Position numbers and translations under genes: made by a program
In this document: positions 33,001-43,752 of the stretch, piece by piece
Layout: every line of letters begins with the position of its first letter
How positions within the stretch are numbered: the first letter of the stretch is position 1
Assembly: GCF_000142905.1 (NCBI RefSeq)
Contig: NW_013657648.1
Span: 337,147 to 401,146, forward strand
Length of the DNA stretch: 64,000 bases
From: Thecamonas trahens ATCC 50062
Taxonomy: Eukaryota > Protista > Apusomonadida
Direction: 5' to 3'
The notes under the pieces: model-generated
Seen by the model: the letters and a program-made list of their open reading frames with translations, nothing else
What the model was told of the DNA's origin: nothing
Database searches by the model: none

Positions 33001-34740
33001 CGCCAGTGATGAGGGCATCAAGCGACTCGAGAGCGTTGCGCGGGAGGGCGTAGAAGAGCGGCGAGCCCGACGGCGCCCATGCGTCGACGGCAGCGCCTGC
33101 GTCGAGCAGGGCCGAGACGACGTCTGTGGCGTTGGCGGCGGCGGCGTCGTGGAGCGGTGAGAGGGCGTGCTCGGTGAGCGGCTCGACCGAGGCACCGGCA
33201 TCGATGAGGGCGAGGACAGAGCGGCGGGCGTTGGCGCGGGCGGCGAGATGGAGAGCGCTGGCGCTGTGCTGCCACGGCGCAGTGAGGTTTGCAGCCTCAG
33301 GAAGGGCGTGGAGGAGGACTTTGAGGACCGAGAGGTGGCCACCGGTGGCGGCGTAGTGGACAGGCGTCCCGTAGACGGCGTTGTCCGAGCGGATGGAGGC
33401 GCCGTGCTCGAGGAGGGCGACGACGCAGTGGACGTAGCCAAAGCCGGCGGCGAGATGGAGGGCTGACTCGGAGGCCGAGTTGAGAGCGTTGATGAGAGCC
33501 TTGCGGGCCGGCTCGTAGGAGAGGCCCGAGACGAGCTCAACGATGACCTCGCGGTGGCCGTACATGGCGGCGTAGTGGAGCGGGGTGTTGCCAAGAACGT
33601 CGGGCATGTCAAGGCGCGCACCTGCGGCGAGGAGCACGTGCACTGAGCCCATGTCGCCCGATGCTGCGGCAAGCTGCAACGGGGTAGCGTTGTCGCGGCC
33701 CTGGGCGTTCGGTCGGGCGGCGGGACGGCCTTGAGTAGGTCGGCGAGGATGGCGGAGAAGCCAAAGGCGGCAGCGTAGTGGGGCGCCCGCCAGTCGCGCG
33801 GGCCGCCTGGACGGGATGCCGAAGCACCGGCCTCGAGCAGGACCTTGACGACGGCGCGGACGCCCGAGGTGATGGCTAGATGCAGAGGAGTGACGCCGGC
33901 CGAGTTGGCCATACACGGCGAAGCACCGCCGGCGAGGAGCTGGCAGACAAGGCCGAGCTCTCCGCGGCCTGCGGCGAGGTGCAGCGGGGTGAAGCCCTCT
34001 GCATCGCGAGCGTCAATGACGAGCGAGCCCGAGCCAGCCGACCGATGCCAGTCATCGGTTGCGGTCATGGCCCTTCGCCGCCGCGGCGACGGAACGCCTG
34101 TACTCGCCACAGAGCTCCTCCGACCAGCCGAAGGCGACTGCGAATGCGAAGAGCGCAGAGAAGCATCACCAGCTTTCAGTGGATGGCGAGAATACTGACG
34201 AGAATGATGATGCCGACCTGAGGTGACTTGAGGCGATGGTGAAGACGACGACGACGAGTGCGAGAGATGATGATGACGATGATGATGACGATGACGATGA
34301 TGATGATCAGCGGGAGACGAGGGATGAGGATGAGAAGGAGGATGAGGAAGAGGATGATGATGAGAGGACTTGTGATACTTGAGAAGGATGGCGACAGCAT
34401 CATGATTGAAAGCAGCAACAGCTACATGAAGCGGTGTCAGCTTTGCAGAGTTTGTGGCATTGGCATTTGCGCCAGCGGAGAGGAGCAGTGAGGCAATGTC
34501 TGTCCGAGGCATTTTGACGGCAAAATGAAGCGGAGTATCACCATGAGCATCCCTTGCATTAACATCCACACCATGACTGAGCAAGTGAGAGACAATAGCC
34601 AGATGACCTGCTTGGACTCCCAGATGAAGTGGCGTCTGTCCATGGGCATGAGCTGATGATGATGGGTCTGCATGTTGTTCATGTAAAAGTGAACGAAGTG
34701 CTCGAAGGTCACCACTTGCTGCTGCACGGTGGAGGGACAT
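30050..34740 (-). CDS. Large ankyrin-repeat protein (about 20+ repeats) with low-complexity C-terminus; apparent frameshift near 33720
   Basis: Many TPLHxAA repeats in ORF 32989-34740 (N-part) and ORF 30050-33916 (C-part), plus a His-rich insert. Confidence 0.85.
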
Positions 34741-35243
34741 GTTGTGTAAGCCTGGTCGTCGTCGTCGTCGTCGTCGTCGTCGTGGGTGGGGGTGGGTGGG
34801 GTGAGGTGTGGCGCCTGTGCTCGGCGGGATCGATCGTTGGCGGTTGGAGGAGGGTTTGGGGGGAAGTAGGGGGATGGGGGGAATGGGGGGGNNNNNNNNN
34901 NNNNNNNNNNNNNNNNNNNNNNNNNNNNNNNNNNNNNNNNNNNNNNNNNNNNNNNNNNNNNNNNNNNNNNNNNNNNNNNNNNNNNNNNNNNNNNNNNNNN
35001 NNNNNNNNNNNNNNNNNNNNNNNNNNNNNNNNNNNNNNNNNNNNNNNNNNNNNNNNNNNNNNNNNNNNNNNNNNNNNNNNNNNNNNNNNNNNNNNNNNNN
35101 NNNNNNNNNNNNNNNNNNNNNNNNNNNNNNNNNNAAAAAAACCCCCCCCCCCCCCCCCTACCGTTATCCCCATAGGCCCCCCCCCTCTCCCACCCCCAAG
35201 GGGGGATGGGGGGATGGGGGGATGGCTGTGTTTGTGATGTAGA

Positions 35244-35413
35244 TAATGGTGGTGATGGTGGTGATGGGGGGGTGATGATGATGGTGACCGTGATGACCAT
35301 GATGACCATGATGATGATGACCATGATGATGATGATGGTGACCATGGTGGTTGGTGGGGGTGGGGATGATGGTGACGACCGTGATGACCATGATGACCAT
35401 GATGATGATGACC

Positions 35414-35446
<33 letters not shown>

Positions 35447-35461
35447 GTGGTGATGATGATG
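35244..35461. repeat. (GAT/GAC)n trinucleotide low-complexity tract next to a gap
   Basis: Runs of gatgatgac / catgatgac. Confidence 0.9.
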
Positions 35462-35538
35462 GGGGAATGGGGATGGGGCTGGGCGTTGTGGTGTAGTAGG
35501 TAGTTTCAAAGAAATCATCAACGTGTTCGTGTACATGT

Positions 35539-38500
35539 CTACGCGATCGAGAGCCGCCGCCCAGATGGCGTTCGTGCATCCACAGCCGACGGCGATCGCC
35601 GACGTGGGGAGTCAAGGACGCCAGCTGCGCTGCGCGGCGTTGCCGAGAGCCGTCGTTTCCGGACGCGGATCCGTCGCCGCGGCGTTGTCGTCGTAGCTGT
35701 CTCGGTATCATCGGCCGCCGCCGATGTCGCGGCGCGCGGTGAGGAGTATGCGGCCGATATGATATTCCGCCGAGTCCGCGGCGTGAGATGCGAGACCGAC
35801 TTGCGCCGTGCCCGGGATCCGCGCGCCGACTGCGACATGCCTGTCTTGGCTGCCCCGCTCGTTCGGCGATTGATCCGAGGTTGAGCTTGCGGACCGGTCG
35901 ACTACTCAGCCCGCTCATCGAGACCATCGTCATGTCCGACGTCGCAGCTCTCGGCGACCCGTCCACCCCACGCCTGACCGTCAAGCCGGGCGTCTCTTTG
36001 CCATCGCCATCGGATGTCGAGATGTCAAACCCGGCTGCGGACGTAGCCGAGGAGCAGCGCTGATGCCGTGGCAGCAGCCGGCGCATCTGTACCCCAGGCG
36101 AGCCGGCCATTGACATCGAGTTTCCTCGGGAGTGGTTGCGCGTTCGCGACACGGACCGCGATGGCGAGCCCGAGGCTGAGGAAAAGTCGCCAGCCGTCAG
36201 CTCGGACGTCGCCTCGCCGGCAAGCCACGACGTTGCGCTCGCTTCCGATCTGCCAGCAGCCGCCGACGTCAGCCCGGCGGGCTGCCGGACTTGCACTATG
36301 GCTGCGTACTTGGCTGCGTGCTTGGAGTACGACTCGGTACGGTTGAGACTGCGCGCCATAAGCGCTGAGTGCCGCTCGTTGCGTGCCGCCCGATGCGCTG
36401 CAATGTCCAAGGACTTGCCGTTGTGCTTGAGGGCAGCATTCGCTTCCTGAACCCCAGCCAGCACCCGATCCAACCTCGGCGACATCCCGCCGTTGCTGTT
36501 GGCTGCAGCCGGCATCCGCGGCGTCAGGGCAGGGTTCATGTCGAGCCGTCTCTCGGTCACCGTCCCGGCCTTGACTGCAAGATACAGCGGGACTTCGTGT
36601 GACACCTGGAGCGGGTAGATGGCCAGCTGATCCGGAAGCGGCACAGGCATCGCCGCAAACGTCGCATCATCCAGCACCACTGCGCCGTCGTAGCTGTGTG
36701 CCGTCGCCGCTCTGTACGCGGCAGCCACACAAACGCGCTGCTTGGGCACTGAGCTGAGTCCAACGTGGTTGCAAGTCGTCACCGCTACCGTGATCCGAGG
36801 CCCGCGCCAGATCCGCACAGGTCCATCGCCGCTGCTCTTGACCGACGACGCGCAGAGCGGGTGCGAGACAAGGGCATTGGACCACTCCACATCAAGCAGT
36901 GCATCCTCGATAGCGACGGCAGTCTCCACAGCCGTGAGCGCCATGTCGGCTGGAAACATCGCTGCCGCGAATGAACCATCGCCATCGACGAGGTTGAACG
37001 GCATGCCGCCCGCTCCAACCACCTGAGAGTAGACAACGTCCACGACCAGATCCATAGCCTCTTGCGCAAGCTCTGGCGAGCTGCTTGCAAGCTCGGTGTA
37101 GATCGGCATGTACGCCACCAAGCACCTGCCCGACGGGCAAAGCTGCAACTTCTCTCCGGGTGTCACCTTGTTGGTCTGCAGCCGCCGGCGCTGATACCGG
37201 ACGCAGCAGCATGCCACACAGCAGAGAAGGAGGACGATGACAAAGATCATGACGTTAATGGGAGAAGCATACGATGCCACGCCGCTCGAACTTGATGACG
37301 ACACGTCGAGGCCACCGCAGCTGGCCCCGTCGCCAAAGCAAACACCGCAGGCATCGCGCTCGTTTGGCGCGCAGAGTGATGTAGGCGGCGGCGGCGGCGA
37401 TGGGGGAGGAGGTGGAGATGGCGGAGGAGGTGGAGATGGCGGCGGTGGCGGCGATGACGGCGGTGGCGGCGGTGGCGGCGGTGGCGGTGATGGGGGAGGA
37501 GGTGGAGATGGCGGTGGCGGCGGTGATGGTGGTGGGGGTGGTGATGGTGGAGGAGGTGGAGATGGCGGCGGTGGCGATGGCGGTGGCGGCGGCGATGGCG
37601 GTGGGGGTGAAGGCGGCGGCGGGGGTGACGGCGGCGGCGGTGACGGAGGAGGAGGAGGAGATGGCGGTGGCGGCGATGGCGGTGGCGGCGGCGATGGCGG
37701 TGGGGGTGAAGGCGGCGGCGGGGGCGATGGCGGCGGCGGGGGTGACGGCGGCGGCGATGGCGGCGGCGGCGGTGAAGGCGGCGGCGGCGGTGGCGGGCCA
37801 CAGTACGGTGAGGCAGGGACGTACGAGCCGTCCGACTGACAAGTCACCTCGTCGTTGGCGTCCGCGCCGTAGAGAGTAAAGCCTGGATCGCAAGTGATCT
37901 TGAGCGTGCCGTCGACCGGAGCAAAGGTAGCGCCGGTGATGGACGACGGTGCGACCGAGCCATCGGCCACAGCACCGTAAAAGTTACACACCGGGTAGTA
38001 GCGAAAGTAGATGGTGGGGGTAGGCAGGCCCTTGCCCAAGGTACACGTCCCTGAGTTGCACTTTGTGCCCGATTGCTCGATGCGCAGCATTAGCCGTGAG
38101 CCCGAGAAGGCCGAATCACTAAAGGCAGCGCCCAGCAAGGATCTGATGGCGGTGCCCGAGATGGAAGCAACCGATCCGGCCGAGTCTGGCACGTTTTCCA
38201 CAACATAGCTTCCTGTGTATGGCGTAGCTGTGTTGAGACGATAGTCGGTCTGCCAATAAGAGTCATCGAACGACTTTGCCTTGTCACTGCTTGCAATGCC
38301 GTAGTACGCCAAGGCCACGTCCATATCATTCGATACGGAAATATACTCAAACTCGATGGCACTCTGCGGAGTGATCCAGAAGAAGCCCGTTGTCGTCGAT
38401 GGCAAACTTGCAAAGTAAGCATTAATAGCACAGACTCGCTCATCATTGACGAGATTAAGGTCAACGCCTTCGCTCATACCTCCGTTGCTCCGCGTCATGC

Positions 38501-38636
38501 AGGTTATCCAATTTGTTGATTGGACCACGCCGGTCACCGTCTCCATTGTCGGCGCAGCCGAAGCCACCACACACAGCCACAGGACAACGACCATGGTACA
38601 TGCTACTGCAGAACATGGTCTGCTGCCCTGGTGCAT
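35539..38636 (-). CDS. Type I membrane receptor-like protein: signal peptide, Sushi/CCP module, Ser-Pro stalk, Cys motif, TM, degenerate class III nucleotide cyclase domain
   Basis: Hydrophobic N-terminus; ITCDPGFTLYG..VTCQSDGSY..PYC (CCP); (SPPPP)n; DACGVCFGDGASC; TM helix; AM......GG...DG.SF..F...A..IEDALL..EW..L....WRGPRI. Probable frameshift near 35840 into ORF 35539-35838. Confidence 0.75.
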
Positions 38637-39296
38637 GGCTTGGAAGAGTCAAGTGTCGACGAATCGGGCCGGTGCCTTGGTGCGACCTTCTGCGGGTGAG
38701 TCAATATGCAGAACAACGTTTGGTCACGGTAAAGGTGGAGGAATAAAATTTTACCGGAGGCGGTTGATCAGTGGCCTGCCTGTCGAGTTGATGTGCTGTT
38801 CGTACCCAATGGCACAGATGGTCCATCATTGACGACTGAGTTGGATGAGTGGGATAAAGGGGTGGGGAAGAAGCGTGTTGAGGAGCAGAGGGAGTGCGAT
38901 GATTAGAATACGGAACCTGTTGAAGGCTGTCTCGGTATATGACAAGGTATCAAAAGTACAGCTGAGGTCTGTCGTGAGCATAGAACATGCTTGCTAACCT
39001 GGTGGTGACGCCGATGCCTTGCTGCAGAAGTGTATCACTATGTGCAATGAACATGCTTGTGATAATGAAGCCGCAGCTTTTGTAATGCACAAGATGTGGT
39101 GAGAAACATTGACCCGGGACTCACAGACTAAAAATTGACATCTACCTGTCACCCAAGCTACTCTGTCAGCTCGCCACCGGCTTTCGGTTCTCGCTCCTCG
39201 CCAACGGACCCGCTTGTATGCGAGAGCTCAACAAGGCCGTACACACGTCTTGTTTGGCAGAGGAGGCTAATACTTGGCAGTGCAAACGTTATAGCC

Positions 39297-41036
39297 ATGG
39301 CTAGTAACGTCACCGAGTGTGCCATGCCTGAGCTTTTATTTGCGTGCGGAAGCGCGTCGCAAACGTGCCCATCGTCGTCGGTTGAAGCGGCGGGTGTGGC
39401 CGGCGGAGCGATGGTCATCTTTTTCTCGCTGGCGGCTTTGGCGGCGGCTAGCGGGCGATCTACGGCGCTGGCGGTCTTCTTTCCCATCCGACTCCTGCAG
39501 AGCATATACTTGATTGTTTCTGCAAGCTATCGGACGACGTTGGTCTTTTCTCAGCCGCCAGTGGGCTTGGTATGGGCGCTGCGGATCGGCGCGGCGGTGA
39601 CGATGGATGTTCCGGTGCTACGGGCGATCGGATGCGAGGACGTGTGGCTGGCACGTGGCGATGCGGCGGCGCTCGAGTGGTCACTGGTGAGCCAGCTGGG
39701 TGTCAGCTGCATGGTCATGGCTGTGGCTGTGGCTGTGGCAGCGGTGCGATCGGTAGCCGACCACGAGGCCGGACAAAAGCCGATTCGACGAGCCGCGATG
39801 CTAACGGCGATGCTTCTGCTTCCGGGCGCGGCGCTTGCTCTCGCGCGCGGAGCAAGCTGTTCGATGCGACCTAGCCTGCACTCGGTGCATGCGCCGCAAT
39901 GGTGCTTCGACTCGCCGTGGGGCATGGCGCTGGTGGTAGTTGGTGCCATGATCGGCGTGGCTCTTGTGGCGTGTGTGGCTGGATGGTGGGTCCTGCTGCG
40001 GATGACCGAGTGGGACGAGCTTGTGCACTCGCTGTATCTCTCACGGTATGGGGTGGTGTACGAGGAGTTCAAGATGCGCGACGTGGCGCTGTATCGCGGC
40101 CTGGGTGGCGCTGTGGTCACTCTCGCGACTCCGTTCATCGCCCTCGCGGTGCCGGACGTTTCAGGCTCAGCGCAGCCTCGGCTCGGCGGCCTTGCTGCGC
40201 TCCTCATCCTTGTCCTGGCGTACGATGTGTTCTTTCGGCCGTATCTCCGCTGGTGGAAGACGGCTGGGAGTGTGGCGGCTGGGCTGATAGCTGTGGCGGT
40301 GTGCGTGGCGGCGCTTCGAGTTGAGCCGCGACCGCTGGTCGACCGCCAGCTGGCAATGGTGCTCGGCGTTGGATACAGCCTGGTAGTCTGCGGCGGGATG
40401 TATGGCCTGTGGCGGGTGAGTCAGGCGCTGGAACGGGCCCGGGTCGGCCCGTCGCCTGCGGACACGGTGGCGGATCCGCTCCAGCTCGGCTCGGAGTTTA
40501 CCTCGCCATCGTCGTTTGCGCGCTCGACCTGGGTCCGCCGCCTCTCGACCATGTTTGGTCCAGCCGGGAGTGCGACTGTGAGCCCGGGGAGAAGCGGCTC
40601 GACGCCGCGGCCGGGCACGCCTGGGCGGATGACACAAACTCTGCCGTTTGCGCCGGTAGAGGCAACGCGGGCAGTGCCCGGGACGGAGCGGCGGCGGGCG
40701 CCGCTATCGCCGCTGGCACGCGGCGGCGGCGGGTCGGCATCGTCACTCCGGGCGGCGCGGTACGAGATCGACAAGGCGACCAACGTGCCGTCGGTGGCTG
40801 CGCTCCAGCGACAGGGCAGCGGAGCGGAAAGGTCGCTGCCGAGGCGGCCAGACTCGCGGCAGGGCTGGCCGGCTGGGCAGCGGAGTGGACTGCGGCCGCT
40901 TTCGCAGGGCGCGGCGTGGCTGGTCTCGACGCCCAGCTCGCCAACGACGCGGCCGGCGCGGCCGGTGGCGACGAGCGAGTCGCCGGCTTTGGCGCCTGTG
41001 GCATTCCAGGTCCCGGTAACGCGCAAGGAGCCGTGA
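39297..41036 (+). CDS. Multipass membrane protein (TRP-C-like TM bundle of protist membrane proteins)
   Basis: About 9 hydrophobic segments with C...W, RYGVVYEEFK and FRPY motifs, and a disordered C-tail. ATG at 39297. Confidence 0.65.
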   Translation: MASNVTECAMPELLFACGSASQTCPSSSVEAAGVAGGAMVIFFSLAALAAASGRSTALAVFFPIRLLQSIYLIVSASYRTTLVFSQPPVGLVWALRIGAAVTMDVPVLRAIGCEDVWLARGDAAALEWSLVSQLGVSCMVMAVAVAVAAVRSVADHEAGQKPIRRAAMLTAMLLLPGAALALARGASCSMRPSLHSVHAPQWCFDSPWGMALVVVGAMIGVALVACVAGWWVLLRMTEWDELVHSLYLSRYGVVYEEFKMRDVALYRGLGGAVVTLATPFIALAVPDVSGSAQPRLGGLAALLILVLAYDVFFRPYLRWWKTAGSVAAGLIAVAVCVAALRVEPRPLVDRQLAMVLGVGYSLVVCGGMYGLWRVSQALERARVGPSPADTVADPLQLGSEFTSPSSFARSTWVRRLSTMFGPAGSATVSPGRSGSTPRPGTPGRMTQTLPFAPVEATRAVPGTERRRAPLSPLARGGGGSASSLRAARYEIDKATNVPSVAALQRQGSGAERSLPRRPDSRQGWPAGQRSGLRPLSQGAAWLVSTPSSPTTRPARPVATSESPALAPVAFQVPVTRKEP

Positions 41037-41057
41037 CGAGAGGGAGCAAGGGGCTAA

Positions 41058-43160
41058 TTAGCTGCGCTTCGGCTTGGTCTTGGCCTCGGCGTGGAGAGCA
41101 TCGACCTGGCTGGCGTAGGTCTGGAGAATGTTGTGCCGCTTGAGCGAGAGCTTGGGCGTGAGCATGTCGTTGTCTGTGGAGAACGGCTCGCGGAGGTAGA
41201 GCCAGGCGGCCGGGCGTTCGTACGACTTGAGGGCGGCGCAGCCGGCGGCGATTTCAGCGTCGAGGAGGGCGCGGACGCGGGAGGAGTCGAGGAGCGAGGT
41301 GGTGGAGGCGCCGGCGTCCAGGCCGTGCTCGGCAGCCCAAGCGCGGAGAGCAGCCCAATCGGGGACGATGAGGGCGACGTTGGACGGCATGTTTGCGCCG
41401 TGGATAAACGACTGCGATATGAAGCGCGAGAGGTTGAGCTTGTCCTCGACAGGCGCGGGGACGACAAACTTGCCGTTCTCCAGCTTGTACTGCTCCTTGA
41501 TGCGGCCGGTGATGGTGAGGAAGCCGTCGGCGTCGAGGCGGCCGAGGTCGCCGGTGCGGAAGAGGCGGAGCGACTTGCCCGGGCCGACACGGGCGTTCTC
41601 GACGACGGCCTCGGCAGTGGCCTCGGGTTTGTTGTAGTACTCGACCATGACGTTGTCGCCTGCGATGCAGACCTCGCCGTCGGTGCCGGAGGGGGCGACG
41701 TCGACGAGGTCGCCATCGAAGGACTTTGCAATGACAATGTCAACGCCTGCGATGGGTGGGCCGACGGTGCCGTACTTGCGGGCGCCCGGGGTATTGAGGG
41801 TGGCGATGGGCGAGGTCTCGGTGAGACCGTAGCCCTCAAAGACGGTGATACCGAGCGCGTCGAGGAGCTGCATGATGTGCGGGTCCATGGCGGCACCACC
41901 GACAAAAGCGACGCGGAGGCGGCCGCCAAAAGTCTCGCGGATCTTGGTGAGGATAGCCTTGTCGAGAACCTTGAGGATGAGCGTGTCAAGGATGCTGAGC
42001 GGCGGGCCTGAGGCGCCGGCGAGCTGGCGGGTGCGAAGTGCAATGGTCTTCTCAAAGAGCGAGCGGACGATGGGCGGCTTGCTAGCAAGCTTGTTGTTGA
42101 TGCCGTCGTAGATGCGGTTGAAGAGGGCAGGGACGGAGAAGAGGACCGTGGGCGAGACCTTCTTAAAGTCCTCGAGGATGGTCGTGACGTGCTCGACGAG
42201 GCCGATGGCGCCGCCCTCGACTAGGAGCGAGTTGAGCTCGCAGGTCTGGCCGTAGGCGTGCGCCCAGGGAAGGAACGAGAGCGAGACGTCGCTGCCGTCG
42301 TAGAGGAGGCCTGATGGCGAGAGGCCCCAGAGCTCGGTGGGGCGACCGCCTGCGGCAGCGTGGCGGGCGGCGCCGCCTGCCGCCGCCGCGTTGCCCGATT
42401 GAATGGCCTTGAGGTTGGCGACGATGTTGCGGTGGGAGAGGGCGACGCCCTTGGGCGTGCCGGTTGTACCCGAGGTGTAGATGATGGTGGCGAGGTCGTC
42501 TGCGGCCGGCGGGCTGGGCGGCTCGTCGTCGCGGATGGACGCGCCGTAGGAGAGAGCATCGCGGTAGGAGAGAAAGGGAACGCGCGAGCCAGCTTCGAGT
42601 GCGGCGCCGGAGCCAAAGGTAGTCTCTGCGTCGAGGCCAAAGGAGACCTGTGCGCGGAGGGCCGACTCGGGATCGAGGCCGCCGAGCGGGATGATGGCAT
42701 GGAGCGGATCGATGTCATCGACCAGGTGCAGGGCCTTGTTGAAGACGGCCGGCTTTGAGACAAGAAGAACCTCTGCGCCCGAGTCCTCGATGATGTACTT
42801 CCAGGTTGACGGCATCTGCGCCTCGTACATGGGCACAAAGACAGCGCCGAGCGAGAGAGTCGCGTAGTAAGCGACGGCCCACTCGACGGAATTATTGGAG
42901 ACGATAGCGACACGAGAACCTTTTTGAGTACCTAGAGCTGCCAACGCCGCTGCAAACGCCGTGACCGAGTCCTTCAACTCGGAATACTTCATCCACTCGT
43001 ACACATCCGGCTCTTTGTTCAGCGACGTGTTCTTGTAGCCGAGCACCTTCTTCGAGCTGTACTTGCCCGTCGACTCGATGAACATGTCCACAACCGTATT
43101 AAAACCACGGACCCGTCCTGCCACTCCCATGCCTACTGTCATAGCAGAGAGTCGGAACAT
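41058..43160 (-). CDS. Long-chain fatty acyl-CoA synthetase (AMP-binding), possibly mitochondrial
   Basis: IIYTSGTTGTPKG, LSFLPWAH, EGYGLTET, FRTGDLG, GRIKEQYKLENGKFV and LTPKLSLKR. Confidence 0.93.
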   Translation of the reverse strand: MFRLSAMTVGMGVAGRVRGFNTVVDMFIESTGKYSSKKVLGYKNTSLNKEPDVYEWMKYSELKDSVTAFAAALAALGTQKGSRVAIVSNNSVEWAVAYYATLSLGAVFVPMYEAQMPSTWKYIIEDSGAEVLLVSKPAVFNKALHLVDDIDPLHAIIPLGGLDPESALRAQVSFGLDAETTFGSGAALEAGSRVPFLSYRDALSYGASIRDDEPPSPPAADDLATIIYTSGTTGTPKGVALSHRNIVANLKAIQSGNAAAAGGAARHAAAGGRPTELWGLSPSGLLYDGSDVSLSFLPWAHAYGQTCELNSLLVEGGAIGLVEHVTTILEDFKKVSPTVLFSVPALFNRIYDGINNKLASKPPIVRSLFEKTIALRTRQLAGASGPPLSILDTLILKVLDKAILTKIRETFGGRLRVAFVGGAAMDPHIMQLLDALGITVFEGYGLTETSPIATLNTPGARKYGTVGPPIAGVDIVIAKSFDGDLVDVAPSGTDGEVCIAGDNVMVEYYNKPEATAEAVVENARVGPGKSLRLFRTGDLGRLDADGFLTITGRIKEQYKLENGKFVVPAPVEDKLNLSRFISQSFIHGANMPSNVALIVPDWAALRAWAAEHGLDAGASTTSLLDSSRVRALLDAEIAAGCAALKSYERPAAWLYLREPFSTDNDMLTPKLSLKRHNILQTYASQVDALHAEAKTKPKRS

Positions 43161-43752
43161 GTCGCCTTCCCTTATGTCTGCAGATGGGTGTGGTGGAGAG
43201 GTGTGAGGAGGATCAATCTGNNNNNNNNNNNNNNNNNNNNNNNNNNNNNNNNNNNNNNNNNNNNNNNNNNNNNNNNNNNNNNNNNNNNNNNNNNNNNNNN
43301 NNNNNNNNNNNNNNNNNNNNNNNNNNNNNNNNNNNNNNNNNNNNNNNNNNNNNNNNNNNNNNNNNNNNNNNNNNNNNNNNNNNNNNNNNNNNNNNNNNNN
43401 NNNNNNNNNNNNNNNNNNNNNNNNNNNNNNNNNNNNNNNNNNNNNNNNNNNNNNNNNNNNNNNNNNNNNNNNNNNNNNNNNNNNNNNNNNNNNNNNNNNN
43501 NNNNNNNNNNNNNNNNNNNNNNNNNNGGGGGGCGGGGGGGTGAGCGGCTGGCGGCGGTTGGGCGGCGGCTTTTGCCTCGGTCAGGCGCAGTGGACGATTT
43601 TGGATTGGTTTCGGGCGAGGGGGATGGGAGGGATGGATGGAGGGGAGGGTGTGTGTAGATGGGGTGGATGGGTGTAATGGCATGATGGTGTGATGGTGTG
43701 ATGTGGTGACGGCTTGTGGAGGGTCGTCCATCGGTCACTCGTCACGCAGGGA

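Noticed and set aside
34437-35538. C-terminal extension of the 1399-aa ORF through the gap
   Set aside because: Artefact of reading through a frameshift, a microsatellite and Ns into an alternate frame of the ankyrin gene.
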